A DNA stretch of 54,240 bases from Kiritimatiellia bacterium (GTDB lineage Bacteria > Verrucomicrobiota > Kiritimatiellia > RFP12 > JAVBOU01): contig JAVBOU010000141.1 of assembly GCA_031550185.1 (NCBI GenBank), positions 1-54,240 on the forward strand, read 5' to 3'. The position numbers and the translations under genes were made by a program. Every line of letters starts with the position of its first letter. The stretch's first letter is position 1. A model generated the notes under the pieces. The model saw only the letters and a list, made by a program, of their open reading frames with translations, did no database searches and was not told the DNA's origin. Below are positions 46,680 to 54,240 of this stretch, piece after piece.

Positions 46680-48515
46680 ATGAAACACCGCACATGGATC
46701 AGCGCCCTGGTTATGGGCGCACTTTTCACGGCAAACGCCGCCGAATACGCCGTCACCAGCAATCTTGACGACGGCGAAGGCACGTTGCGCCAACTCATCG
46801 CCGGCGCCCACCCCGGCGACACCATCATCATTCCGCAAGACATGTCCGTCACGCTCGACAGCCGCATCAGCATCACGCGCGAAACCGACCTGACCATCAT
46901 TGCCGCCGGCACCGGCGCGACACTCATCGGCAACCGCGCCAGCGAGAGCTTCACCAACGGCATGTTTTACGTCAACCACCCGCAGGCGCGCCTCGCCTTC
47001 AACAACCTCACCTTCACCAATGGCTACTCACGCGGCAACGGCGGCGTCTTCTATATCCAGAACGGCGTCTCCAACGGCACCACCATCGCCAACTGCGTCT
47101 TCCTCGCCAACACCGCCGAAAACGGCGGCGCCATCTATCTCGAGCAGGCGATACGCCTCAACGACTGCGCCTTCACAAACAACACCGCCGCTGTTTCAGG
47201 CGGATGCTTTTCGCTTGGCATGGACAACCCGTATGAAGCAAATGTCAAACGTTCCGGCATCCTTCTTTCCGACAACTGCGACTTCTTCAACAACTCCGCC
47301 ACCAGATACGGCGGCATTCTCACAACGACCGAACTCAGCAAGTGGCCCATGCTCGACATCACCCGCTGGCACTGCGTCAGCAACACTGCGACACGCGGCG
47401 GATGCTTCAACATCGCGGCGCTCTCCTTCATCCAGGACAGCACCTTTGAGCGCAACAGCTCCGGCACTGGCGGCGGCAATGTCGCCTACCTCTACCGCGG
47501 CAAGCGCACCACATTCGACGCCTGCACCTTCCGCGACAACACCGGCAGCAACGCCCTTCTCGAAAGCAAGGTCGCCCTTTCGATCGAAAACAGCATTTTC
47601 GAAAACAACACCGGCGTCAACATCAACCTGAACCTCGACTCAAACGCCACGTATGACGACGACATGATCATTCGCAACAGCGTCTTCAGGCGCGGCGTTA
47701 CGTCCTACATCACAACAGGCGGCAGCCGTCCCCTCAAAAAAGTCCACATCTCCGACTGCGCCTTTTACGACGCCGTCGGCATCGGTGATCCCAACAACTA
47801 CGCGATCTCCCACGCCACGGTCAGCATCACCCACGCCGGACGCATCGAACGCTGCCTCTTCAAACTTGCCGACACCGCCAACCGCACCTACGGCACCACG
47901 CTACTCTACGCCGCAAACTCCGCCGGCGCCACCAACACCATCGTCAACTGCACTTTTTCCCGCAATCCCGACGCCCCCGCTCAGCATCTCCGCAAAGCCA
48001 TCAATGTCGGCAACGCCTCAGGATACTACAACATCCAGTTCTGCACATTCACCGGTTTCTGGGGCTCCCACGGCGCAATCAGACTCTACAGCGCCGCCGC
48101 CTCAACCACGCGCCTCCTCGGCTGCGCCTTCGACAAAAACATGGCACGCATTTCCAACGTTCTCACCCTTGTCGACCTCTCCAACGCCGCGCTCTCCGTG
48201 CAAAACTGCTCCTTCACCATGCCCGAAACCAGCCTGCTCACACTGCCCGGTGGAGCATACGACAACAACCTCTTCGACACCGATCCCCTGCTCTCTCCGC
48301 TCGCCGACAACGACGGCCCTCTCCTGCCCGACGCCACCGCCTTGCAAACCCACGCCTTCGCCCCGCGAAGCCCGCTCCGCAACGCCGGTGGCATCATCGA
48401 CATTCCCCCGACCGACGCCCGCGGCATGCCCCGCCCCGACACATCCGCGCACCTCGCCGACATCGGCGCCTACGAATACCAGCCTCAAATCGGCACCCTC
48501 ATCATAGCCCACTGA
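46680..48515 (+). CDS. Secreted Pmp-like right-handed beta-helix protein with choice-of-anchor-Q-like C-terminus; tail GTLIIAH
   Basis: AAGGAG RBS; signal peptide; VTSNLDDGEGTLRQLI; FxxN/GGAI repeats; DPLLSPLADNDGP..TH..TDARGMPR..DIGAYE. Confidence 0.8.
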   Translation: MKHRTWISALVMGALFTANAAEYAVTSNLDDGEGTLRQLIAGAHPGDTIIIPQDMSVTLDSRISITRETDLTIIAAGTGATLIGNRASESFTNGMFYVNHPQARLAFNNLTFTNGYSRGNGGVFYIQNGVSNGTTIANCVFLANTAENGGAIYLEQAIRLNDCAFTNNTAAVSGGCFSLGMDNPYEANVKRSGILLSDNCDFFNNSATRYGGILTTTELSKWPMLDITRWHCVSNTATRGGCFNIAALSFIQDSTFERNSSGTGGGNVAYLYRGKRTTFDACTFRDNTGSNALLESKVALSIENSIFENNTGVNINLNLDSNATYDDDMIIRNSVFRRGVTSYITTGGSRPLKKVHISDCAFYDAVGIGDPNNYAISHATVSITHAGRIERCLFKLADTANRTYGTTLLYAANSAGATNTIVNCTFSRNPDAPAQHLRKAINVGNASGYYNIQFCTFTGFWGSHGAIRLYSAAASTTRLLGCAFDKNMARISNVLTLVDLSNAALSVQNCSFTMPETSLLTLPGGAYDNNLFDTDPLLSPLADNDGPLLPDATALQTHAFAPRSPLRNAGGIIDIPPTDARGMPRPDTSAHLADIGAYEYQPQIGTLIIAH

Positions 48516-48549
48516 ACCAACGCCGGCGCTCCTGATCACGCAAAACCCC

Positions 48550-48590
48550 AACCCTGTGGCGTGGCACGACCTCTGCCACGCCACAGGGTT
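48550..48590. repeat. REP-like palindrome between convergent genes; possible bidirectional terminator
   Basis: AACCCTGTGGCGTGGCA-CGACCTC-TGCCACGCCACAGGGTT followed by TT. Confidence 0.9.
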
Positions 48591-48606
48591 TTGTAAACTG
48601 CATTCC

Positions 48607-49542
48607 TCACTTCGCATGCGCCGGAACAGGCAGGCTTTTGCGTTGCCACGCCTCGACAAGGGCGTTGATGTGTTCGTCGTCCGGCATGTTGTGATGCAGG
48701 CGGATGAGATGGCCGGTGACGGACTTTACGCGATAGCGCGCCGCCTCGTTGGGACGTTCAAGGGCGACGTCCAGGTAGCCGATATACTTGCCATATTCGC
48801 CGGCCTGGGCGATCCACGTACAATTCGTCACACCATTGCGCGCGTGAGGAAATGGAATGGGCATGGGAATCGCCGTGTGGCTGTCGCCGCCAATGATCAG
48901 GTCAATCCCGGTGTCCTCCCGCGCCAACACAAAATCATTCGCCACACCATGGTGCGTCAACGCGATCGTGAGGTCGACGTTGTTGGTCAGCGTGGACAAA
49001 ATCGGCTTCACCGTGTCATTAAAGAACGCCAGCTTCACTTTGGGAAACGGCTCGTACCGCACGATCCGTCCGCCGCCGACGATTCCAATCTTGACGCCGC
49101 CGCGCTCGAGAATCGCCGTCTCAGGGAACCATTCGATCGTCTTGTCCTCCGGCTTCGTGTTTGAGTGCAACACCGGGAAGCGGACGCTTTTGGCGATCTG
49201 CAACAGGTTCGACGCGCCGTCGTAAAAATCGCCGTTGCCCGCCGTGAACACGTCCAGCCCCATCGCGTCGAACAGCGCGAAACTCGACGCCCCAAGCGTG
49301 GCGCGGGTCAACGCGTCGCCGCGCGAAATCTCGTCGCCGGCGTGAAGAAAAAGCACCTTTCCCGGATGCCGCTCGCGCAGGGTATTGACAACATGCGCGA
49401 TCCGCGCGACGGGGTATCCCTCGTTTTGCTCCGTCGTCAGCTGCCCGTGCGAGTCATTGATATGCACGATCAGCAGGTGCGTCTCGTCGGCAAATGCCCC
49501 TGCAAAAAATAACAACCCTCCAATCAAAACCATCCAACGCAT
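48607..49542 (-). CDS. Secreted metallophosphoesterase, 5'-nucleotidase/NadN-like N-terminal domain only
   Basis: Start reassigned to 49542; HINDSHG, HAGDE, GNGDF, LTHHG, IIGGDSHT, QAGEYGKYIG. Confidence 0.8.
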   Translation of the reverse strand: MRWMVLIGGLLFFAGAFADETHLLIVHINDSHGQLTTEQNEGYPVARIAHVVNTLRERHPGKVLFLHAGDEISRGDALTRATLGASSFALFDAMGLDVFTAGNGDFYDGASNLLQIAKSVRFPVLHSNTKPEDKTIEWFPETAILERGGVKIGIVGGGRIVRYEPFPKVKLAFFNDTVKPILSTLTNNVDLTIALTHHGVANDFVLAREDTGIDLIIGGDSHTAIPMPIPFPHARNGVTNCTWIAQAGEYGKYIGYLDVALERPNEAARYRVKSVTGHLIRLHHNMPDDEHINALVEAWQRKSLPVPAHAK

Positions 49543-49614
49543 CGCGTCAACTCCATGTTTACAAGGTGGACATGAGAACCGCATTCAGCGTATCATACCG
49601 AATGGTGTCACGTC

Positions 49615-50370
49615 ATGCCTTTTCATTTTGCAGAGACTTTTCTTAACGCCACGCTCGACCTCTTCTCGCCGCCGGTTTGCTTCCTGTGCCACAACCCCAC
49701 GCACCGCAAACGCCGCGCGCTCTGCTGGGATTGCCTGCGCAAATCGCTGCTCGTTGCGGACGGACTCTGCGACGTTTGCGGCGTGCGCGCGATGGGCGCC
49801 GTTCCCGCCGCGTTCACCTGCTCCGACTGCGCGCGCGACACCCCGGCTTTCCTGCAGGCGCGCGCCGCCACGATTTTTGCAGGCGACATCCGCCGGCTCG
49901 TCCACCTCTTCAAGTACCAAAAATCCCTCTGGCTCTGCAACGATTTCGCGGATCTGTTGCACGGCTGCTTCCTCACCCATTACAGCGCGGACATGTTCGA
50001 TCTCATCGTCCCTGTCCCCATCTCCATCGCGAAGTTTTGGCGCCGCCATTACAACCAAAGCGAATTTCTCGCCCGCGAGCTCAGCCATCGCGTCGCGCTG
50101 CCCCTCCTCTCCGGCGCCCTCGCGCGAAAAGGCGCTCCCGTCTCGCAAACCACCCTCACGCGCCACCAACGCGCCGTCAACGTCGCGCACGCCTTCCGCG
50201 TCAAACGACCGCGCAAAATCGAAGGCCAGCGCATCCTTCTGCTCGACGACGTTTTCACCACCGGCGCCACGGCCAACGCCTGCGCCAAAACTCTCCTCCG
50301 ACACGGCGCCCGCTCCGTCCACGTCATCACCGTCGCCCGCGGCATGCACTACGCGCTGAACCTCGAATGA
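49615..50370 (+). CDS. comF: ComF family protein (double zinc ribbon + PRTase domain)
   Basis: Four CxxC motifs; VPVP..RHYNQS; ILLLDDVFTTGAT. Confidence 0.88.
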   Translation: MPFHFAETFLNATLDLFSPPVCFLCHNPTHRKRRALCWDCLRKSLLVADGLCDVCGVRAMGAVPAAFTCSDCARDTPAFLQARAATIFAGDIRRLVHLFKYQKSLWLCNDFADLLHGCFLTHYSADMFDLIVPVPISIAKFWRRHYNQSEFLARELSHRVALPLLSGALARKGAPVSQTTLTRHQRAVNVAHAFRVKRPRKIEGQRILLLDDVFTTGATANACAKTLLRHGARSVHVITVARGMHYALNLE

Positions 50371-50411
50371 CTGGCGTGGCAGAGGTCATGCTCTGCCACG
50401 CCAGTCATTCG
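50364..50411. repeat. REP-like palindrome with perfect 21-bp arms containing both stop codons
   Basis: CGAATGACTGGCGTGGCAGAG-GTCATG-CTCTGCCACGCCAGTCATTCG. Confidence 0.95.
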
Positions 50412-51652
50412 CCCGCATTCGTTTGCACGCGCGTGGCCTCCTGCCAGCAAAAAACCTTGTCCCCTGCCCTCACGCGCGACGCGCACGCAAACGTCACCCA
50501 TTCGCCGCGCGGCGCAAACTCCACCTCCCGTTCCTCCTGCCGCAACACCTCCGCAACCACCTCGACCAGTCCGCTCGTCGGCCCCTGAATCGTCAACCGT
50601 TCGCCGCGCCTCAACCCTTCCGGCGCATGCACCAGCACCTGCGCCACCTTCGCCTTTGGATAATAATTCAGCACCACGCCCACATACACCTTTTTGCGTT
50701 GCGCCTGATTTTCATCCGTCGCGCAAAACTGCCCCTGCCCCGGCCTGCCGTGAAAAAGCCCCGCGCTCCACGGCCGGTGATACACACCGCGACACTCCTC
50801 CAGCAACGCCTCCGCCAGCGATGCCGAGAAACTTCCCTGCCCTATCGCATCAAGCCCCGCACGATACGCACGCACCACCGCCGCCACATAATCCGCATTG
50901 CGCGCGCGCCCCTCGATTTTCAACGACGCCGCGCCTGTTGCCACCACCTTGTCCAAAAACGGCAGCGAACACAAATCCCGCGCCGACAACACATACCCGC
51001 CGCCCACCACAAACGCCGCGTCCGACCCCTCCCCTTCGCGCACCTCGCGAATCTCAAACTCCCGCCGGCACGGTTGACGGCATTCGCCGCGGCACGCCGA
51101 AAACCCATACGCTTCGTGCGACAAGAGACACCGCCCCGACGTGGCCACGCACTGCGCGCCGTGCACAAAAATCTCCACCTCGATCCCGCTCCGTTCCGTG
51201 ATGCGTTTCACCTCCTCCAACGAACACTCGCGCGCCAGCACCACGCGCGACGCGCCCAGCGTTTTCAACACCCGCGCCGACGCCGAATTTGAGCATGAAA
51301 ACTGCGTCGAAACATGAAACGCAATTCCGTGGCGACGGCACCCCTCTGCCACCGCCACATCCGACAAAATCACCGCATCGACATGCGCCTTCGCCGCCAG
51401 CAGTAGCGGATCCAGCAGTTGCAACTCCTCCTCAAACACCACCGTGTTCAGCGTCAAATACAACTTCACTCCGCGCGCGCGACAACGCTCCGCCGCTTCC
51501 GGGAGCGTCTCCAGCGTAAAATTCCGCGACGGCATCCGCCTCATGCTCAACCGGTCGAGCCCCAAATACACCGCATCCGCGCCCGCATCCAGCGCCGCCT
51601 GCAGCGCCGTCATGTCCCCGGCCGGGGCGAGAAGTTCCGGAAGTTTTGTCAT
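50405..51652 (-). CDS. Peptidase U32 family Fe-S protein (TrhP/RlhA-like hydroxylation protein)
   Basis: PELLAPAG, GADAVYLG, HVSTQ, LARE, EIFVHGAQC..SGRC..CRQPCR, SLKIEGR. Confidence 0.9.
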   Translation of the reverse strand: MTKLPELLAPAGDMTALQAALDAGADAVYLGLDRLSMRRMPSRNFTLETLPEAAERCRARGVKLYLTLNTVVFEEELQLLDPLLLAAKAHVDAVILSDVAVAEGCRRHGIAFHVSTQFSCSNSASARVLKTLGASRVVLARECSLEEVKRITERSGIEVEIFVHGAQCVATSGRCLLSHEAYGFSACRGECRQPCRREFEIREVREGEGSDAAFVVGGGYVLSARDLCSLPFLDKVVATGAASLKIEGRARNADYVAAVVRAYRAGLDAIGQGSFSASLAEALLEECRGVYHRPWSAGLFHGRPGQGQFCATDENQAQRKKVYVGVVLNYYPKAKVAQVLVHAPEGLRRGERLTIQGPTSGLVEVVAEVLRQEEREVEFAPRGEWVTFACASRVRAGDKVFCWQEATRVQTNAGE

Positions 51653-51757
51653 GCGCGTGAATATCCCTCATTCCCGCCCAAAAGTCGAGTCCCATTTCCA
51701 CGAGACACCAGCCCCCATGCCGTGACGTCGTGTTATGCCACAGGGCGCTTTTTGCGC

Positions 51758-51786
51758 TTTGCAGGCGGCGGGTGCGCGTCTATAAT
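51758..51786 (+). promoter_or_regulatory. Putative promoter giving a leaderless or near-leaderless ade transcript
   Basis: TTTGCA-17 nt-TATAAT ending 6 nt before ATG 51793; no SD sequence. Confidence 0.55.
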
Positions 51787-51792
51787 GTCATC

Positions 51793-53415
51793 ATGAATTC
51801 AGAAAAGAAGGTTGTGCGCGGCCGCGTGGTGGACGTGATTGGGCGCCGGATTTTTGAGGGCGCGCTGGAGATCAACGCGGAGGGGTTTATCGAGTCGGTC
51901 GTGGAGAAGCCGGTGGAGGCGGCGGAAGGTTTTTTGATTCCGGGTTTTGTGGACGCGCATGTGCATGTGGAGAGCAGCATGGTGCTGCCGGGGGAGTTTG
52001 CGCGGTGCGTGTCGGCGCAGGGGACGCTGGCGGCGGTGGCGGATCCGCACGAGGTGGCGAACGTGCTGGGCGAGGAGGGCGTGCGGGAGTTTTACGGGCT
52101 GGGCGAGGGAAGCGACTTTGTGTGGGGCTGGGGCGTGCCGTCGTGCGTGCCGGCGCCGCCGCGCGAGTCGGCGGGAGCGGTGATGGACGCGGCGGCGGTG
52201 GAGCGGCTGCTGGAGGATCCGCGGGTGACGCATCTGGCGGAGATGATGAATGTGCCGGGCGTGTTGAACAACGACGCGGAGGTGATGCGCAAGATCGCGG
52301 CGGCGCGGCGTTTGGGCAAACGGGTGGACGGCCATGCGCCGTGCCTGACGGGTGCGATGTTGCAGCGTTACATCGACGCGGGGATTGGGACGGATCATGA
52401 ATGCGAGTCGGTGGAGGAGGCGCGGGAGAAGTTGCGCCGGGGGATGCGGCTGATGTTGCGGAGGGGTTCGGCGGCGCGCGTGGACGAGGCGTTTTTGCCG
52501 CTGCTGGCGGAGTTTCGCGGGCAGTGCATGTGGTGCTGCGACGACCTGCATCCGACGGCGCTGATCCGCGAGGGAATCGTGGGCGCGGTGCGCTGGGCGG
52601 TCGGCGCGGGCGCGGAGGTATGGGACGTGCTGGAGGCGGCGACGGTGACGCCGGCGACGTGGTACGGGTTGAAGCTCGGACTGCTGCGCAAGGGCGACCG
52701 CGCAGACTTTTTGCGCGTGGGCGATTTGCGGGAATTTGAGGTGGAGGAGGCGTGGCTGAAAGGAAAGTGCGTGGCGCGCTGGGGCGAAACGCTGATGGCG
52801 CCGCGGGAGGTGGAGCCGCGGAATTGCTTTCGCGCGGCGCGGGTGGGGATGGAGGATTTGCGCGTGTCGGCGAAGGGGCGCGTGCGCGTGATCGGCGTGC
52901 GGGAAGACGCGGTGATCACGGATCATTTGATTGAACAATTTGGCGCGCCGGGCGCGATGAAGCTGGCGGTGTTGAATCGTTACGAGCGCGGGCAAAAGCC
53001 GGCGGTGGGATTCGCGCGCGGCTTTGGAGAAATGGGTGACGGCGCGATCGCGGCAAGCATCGCGCATGACTCGCATCATGTGATCGGCATCGGTGGCACG
53101 GACGAGGCGCTTGCCACGGCGTTGAACGCGGTGGTGGAGATGCGCGGCGGGCTGGTGGTGGTGCAGGGTGGCGCGGTGACCGCGTCGCTGCCGTTGCCGT
53201 ACGCGGGGCTGATGTCAACGTGCTCGGTCGACGAGGTAGCCAAGGATGAGCGCGCGTGTTTGGAGGCGGCGCGGCGCGTGGGCGTGCATTTGCGTTCGCC
53301 GTTCATGGCGCTGTCGTTTTTGGCGCTGCCGGTGATTCCGAAATTGAAACTGACGCCGCGCGGACTTTTCGACGGCGAGAAGTTTGCGTACGTTGACTTG
53401 GAGGCGGGCGAATGA
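51793..53415 (+). CDS. ade: Adenine deaminase
   Basis: PGFVDAHVHVESSM, DPHEVANVLG, LAEMMN, VDGHAP, TDHE, DDLHP, SIAHDSH, LSFLALPVIP. Confidence 0.95.
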   Translation: MNSEKKVVRGRVVDVIGRRIFEGALEINAEGFIESVVEKPVEAAEGFLIPGFVDAHVHVESSMVLPGEFARCVSAQGTLAAVADPHEVANVLGEEGVREFYGLGEGSDFVWGWGVPSCVPAPPRESAGAVMDAAAVERLLEDPRVTHLAEMMNVPGVLNNDAEVMRKIAAARRLGKRVDGHAPCLTGAMLQRYIDAGIGTDHECESVEEAREKLRRGMRLMLRRGSAARVDEAFLPLLAEFRGQCMWCCDDLHPTALIREGIVGAVRWAVGAGAEVWDVLEAATVTPATWYGLKLGLLRKGDRADFLRVGDLREFEVEEAWLKGKCVARWGETLMAPREVEPRNCFRAARVGMEDLRVSAKGRVRVIGVREDAVITDHLIEQFGAPGAMKLAVLNRYERGQKPAVGFARGFGEMGDGAIAASIAHDSHHVIGIGGTDEALATALNAVVEMRGGLVVVQGGAVTASLPLPYAGLMSTCSVDEVAKDERACLEAARRVGVHLRSPFMALSFLALPVIPKLKLTPRGLFDGEKFAYVDLEAGE

Positions 53416-54113
53416 AACAGGCGATTGCGTTGCTCGCGGCGATGGACGAGGAGCTGGCGGAGTTGCTGGCGTGCTTTGGCGGCGGTGTGGCGCGCGAACA
53501 TTTTGGCGTGCGCATGTACGACGTGAAGGTGGGCGAACAGGAGGTGGTGATCGCGAAATCGGGCGTCGGCAAGGTGAACGCCGCGATGGTGATGACGCTG
53601 CTCGCGTCGGACTTCAACGTGGGTTGCGTGATCAACACGGGGTGCGCGGGCGGGTTGAAGCACGACCAGGAAATTTTGGATTTCGTCGTGCCGGAGCAGG
53701 TCGTCTACACCGATGTCGATGTGCGCGCGCTGGGTTTTGAATATGGGCAAATCCTGGGCTCTCCGCCGCGGTTTGATGTCTCGAAAGCGCTGTTGGAAAA
53801 ATTCGACGCGGTGCGACGTCCGGAGTGGCGGTGTCATCACGGTGTGCTGGGCAGTTCCGACGCGTTCATCAGCGAGCCGGAACAAATCGCGCGCATTGAA
53901 AAACATTTTCATGGCGAGGTGGTGTGCGCCGACATGGAGGGCGGCGCGGTCGCACACGTCTGCACCAATTTCAAAATTCCCTTTCTCGTGATTCGCGCCA
54001 TCAGCGATGTCGGACTCGGCGAAAAACGCGCCGACGATTTCCGCGCCTTTGTCCGCGAGGCCGCGCGCCGTTCCGCGCAACTCTGCGTCGGGCTTGTGGA
54101 AACGTTGCAGTAA
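53412..54113 (+). CDS. mtnN: 5'-methylthioadenosine/S-adenosylhomocysteine nucleosidase
   Basis: AMDEE, SGVGKVNAA, INTGCAGG, DMEGGAVAHVC, FLVIRAISD; ATGA overlap with ade. Confidence 0.93.
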   Translation: MKQAIALLAAMDEELAELLACFGGGVAREHFGVRMYDVKVGEQEVVIAKSGVGKVNAAMVMTLLASDFNVGCVINTGCAGGLKHDQEILDFVVPEQVVYTDVDVRALGFEYGQILGSPPRFDVSKALLEKFDAVRRPEWRCHHGVLGSSDAFISEPEQIARIEKHFHGEVVCADMEGGAVAHVCTNFKIPFLVIRAISDVGLGEKRADDFRAFVREAARRSAQLCVGLVETLQ

Positions 54114-54120
54114 ACGCGCG

Positions 54121-54148
54121 TCGTGGCAGAACCCCACCTCTGCCACGA
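54121..54148. repeat. REP-like palindrome, GTGGCAGAG family
   Basis: TCGTGGCAGA-ACCCCACC-TCTGCCACGA. Confidence 0.85.
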
Positions 54149-54200
54149 CAGGATATTTTTCGATTTTATAGCGTTTTTAAGCAACATTGGCACATTTCAA

Positions 54201-54231
54201 GGTGGGGCGCGACCGCCGGGCGCCCCCCACC
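54201..54231. repeat. GC-rich imperfect hairpin, possibly a third REP-like family
   Basis: GGTGGGGCGC-GACCGCCGG-GCGCCCCCCACC; single clear copy. Confidence 0.4.
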
Positions 54232-54240
54232 CTGTGTTCG

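Noticed and set aside
4133-48515. C-terminal tail as PEP-CTERM, LPXTG, GlyGly-CTERM, T9SS CTD or BAM beta-signal
   Set aside because: No signature motif plus TM helix plus basic cluster, no shared 70-80 aa domain across the carriers, and no terminal aromatic residue
49585-53079. Antisense ORFs 49585..50349, 50423..51292 and 51799..53079
   Set aside because: Opposite clear comF, U32 and ade genes; composition reflects the reverse complement of biased codons
4064-54148. Palindromic repeats as a CRISPR array or integron attC sites
   Set aside because: Dispersed singly between genes of both orientations with no regular spacers; no cas or integrase gene; no RYYYAAC/GTTRRRY ends

Overview
A GC-rich bacterial window with no rRNA, tRNA, CRISPR array or transposase that I could recognise. 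Protein style suggests the PVC superphylum, probably Kiritimatiellota/Verrucomicrobiota (inference only). Positions 107-34185 form a minus-strand block of secreted clan GH-A glycoside hydrolases (including a multidomain GH44), two UroD/MtaA-like proteins, a stand-alone CBM and six large adhesin-like proteins with passenger-type beta-helix regions (five also have FN3-like repeats) but no autotransporter barrel. Positions 34480-48515 (plus strand) hold a NanA-like lyase, a BNR/sialidase-like protein, a GntR-LacI regulator, GH116, a DUF4190/CD225/DUF2752 cassette, LacI, a second GH-A/CBM9 protein and a choice-of-anchor-Q beta-helix protein. The right end is housekeeping: metallophosphoesterase, ComF, U32, ade, mtnN. 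Most notable: (1) seven otherwise dissimilar signal-peptide proteins end in the same 7-residue tail, G-[TS]-L-hydrophobic x3-[RK]-stop, a candidate C-terminal export/anchoring signal; (2) a kb-scale saw-tooth G/C skew that flips inside genes and resets at promoter regions; (3) modular, apparently recombining adhesin paralogs; (4) about 13 copies of a GTGGCAGAG..CTCTGCCAC palindrome with copy-specific stem extensions. All family calls come from motif recognition by eye, not database searches.
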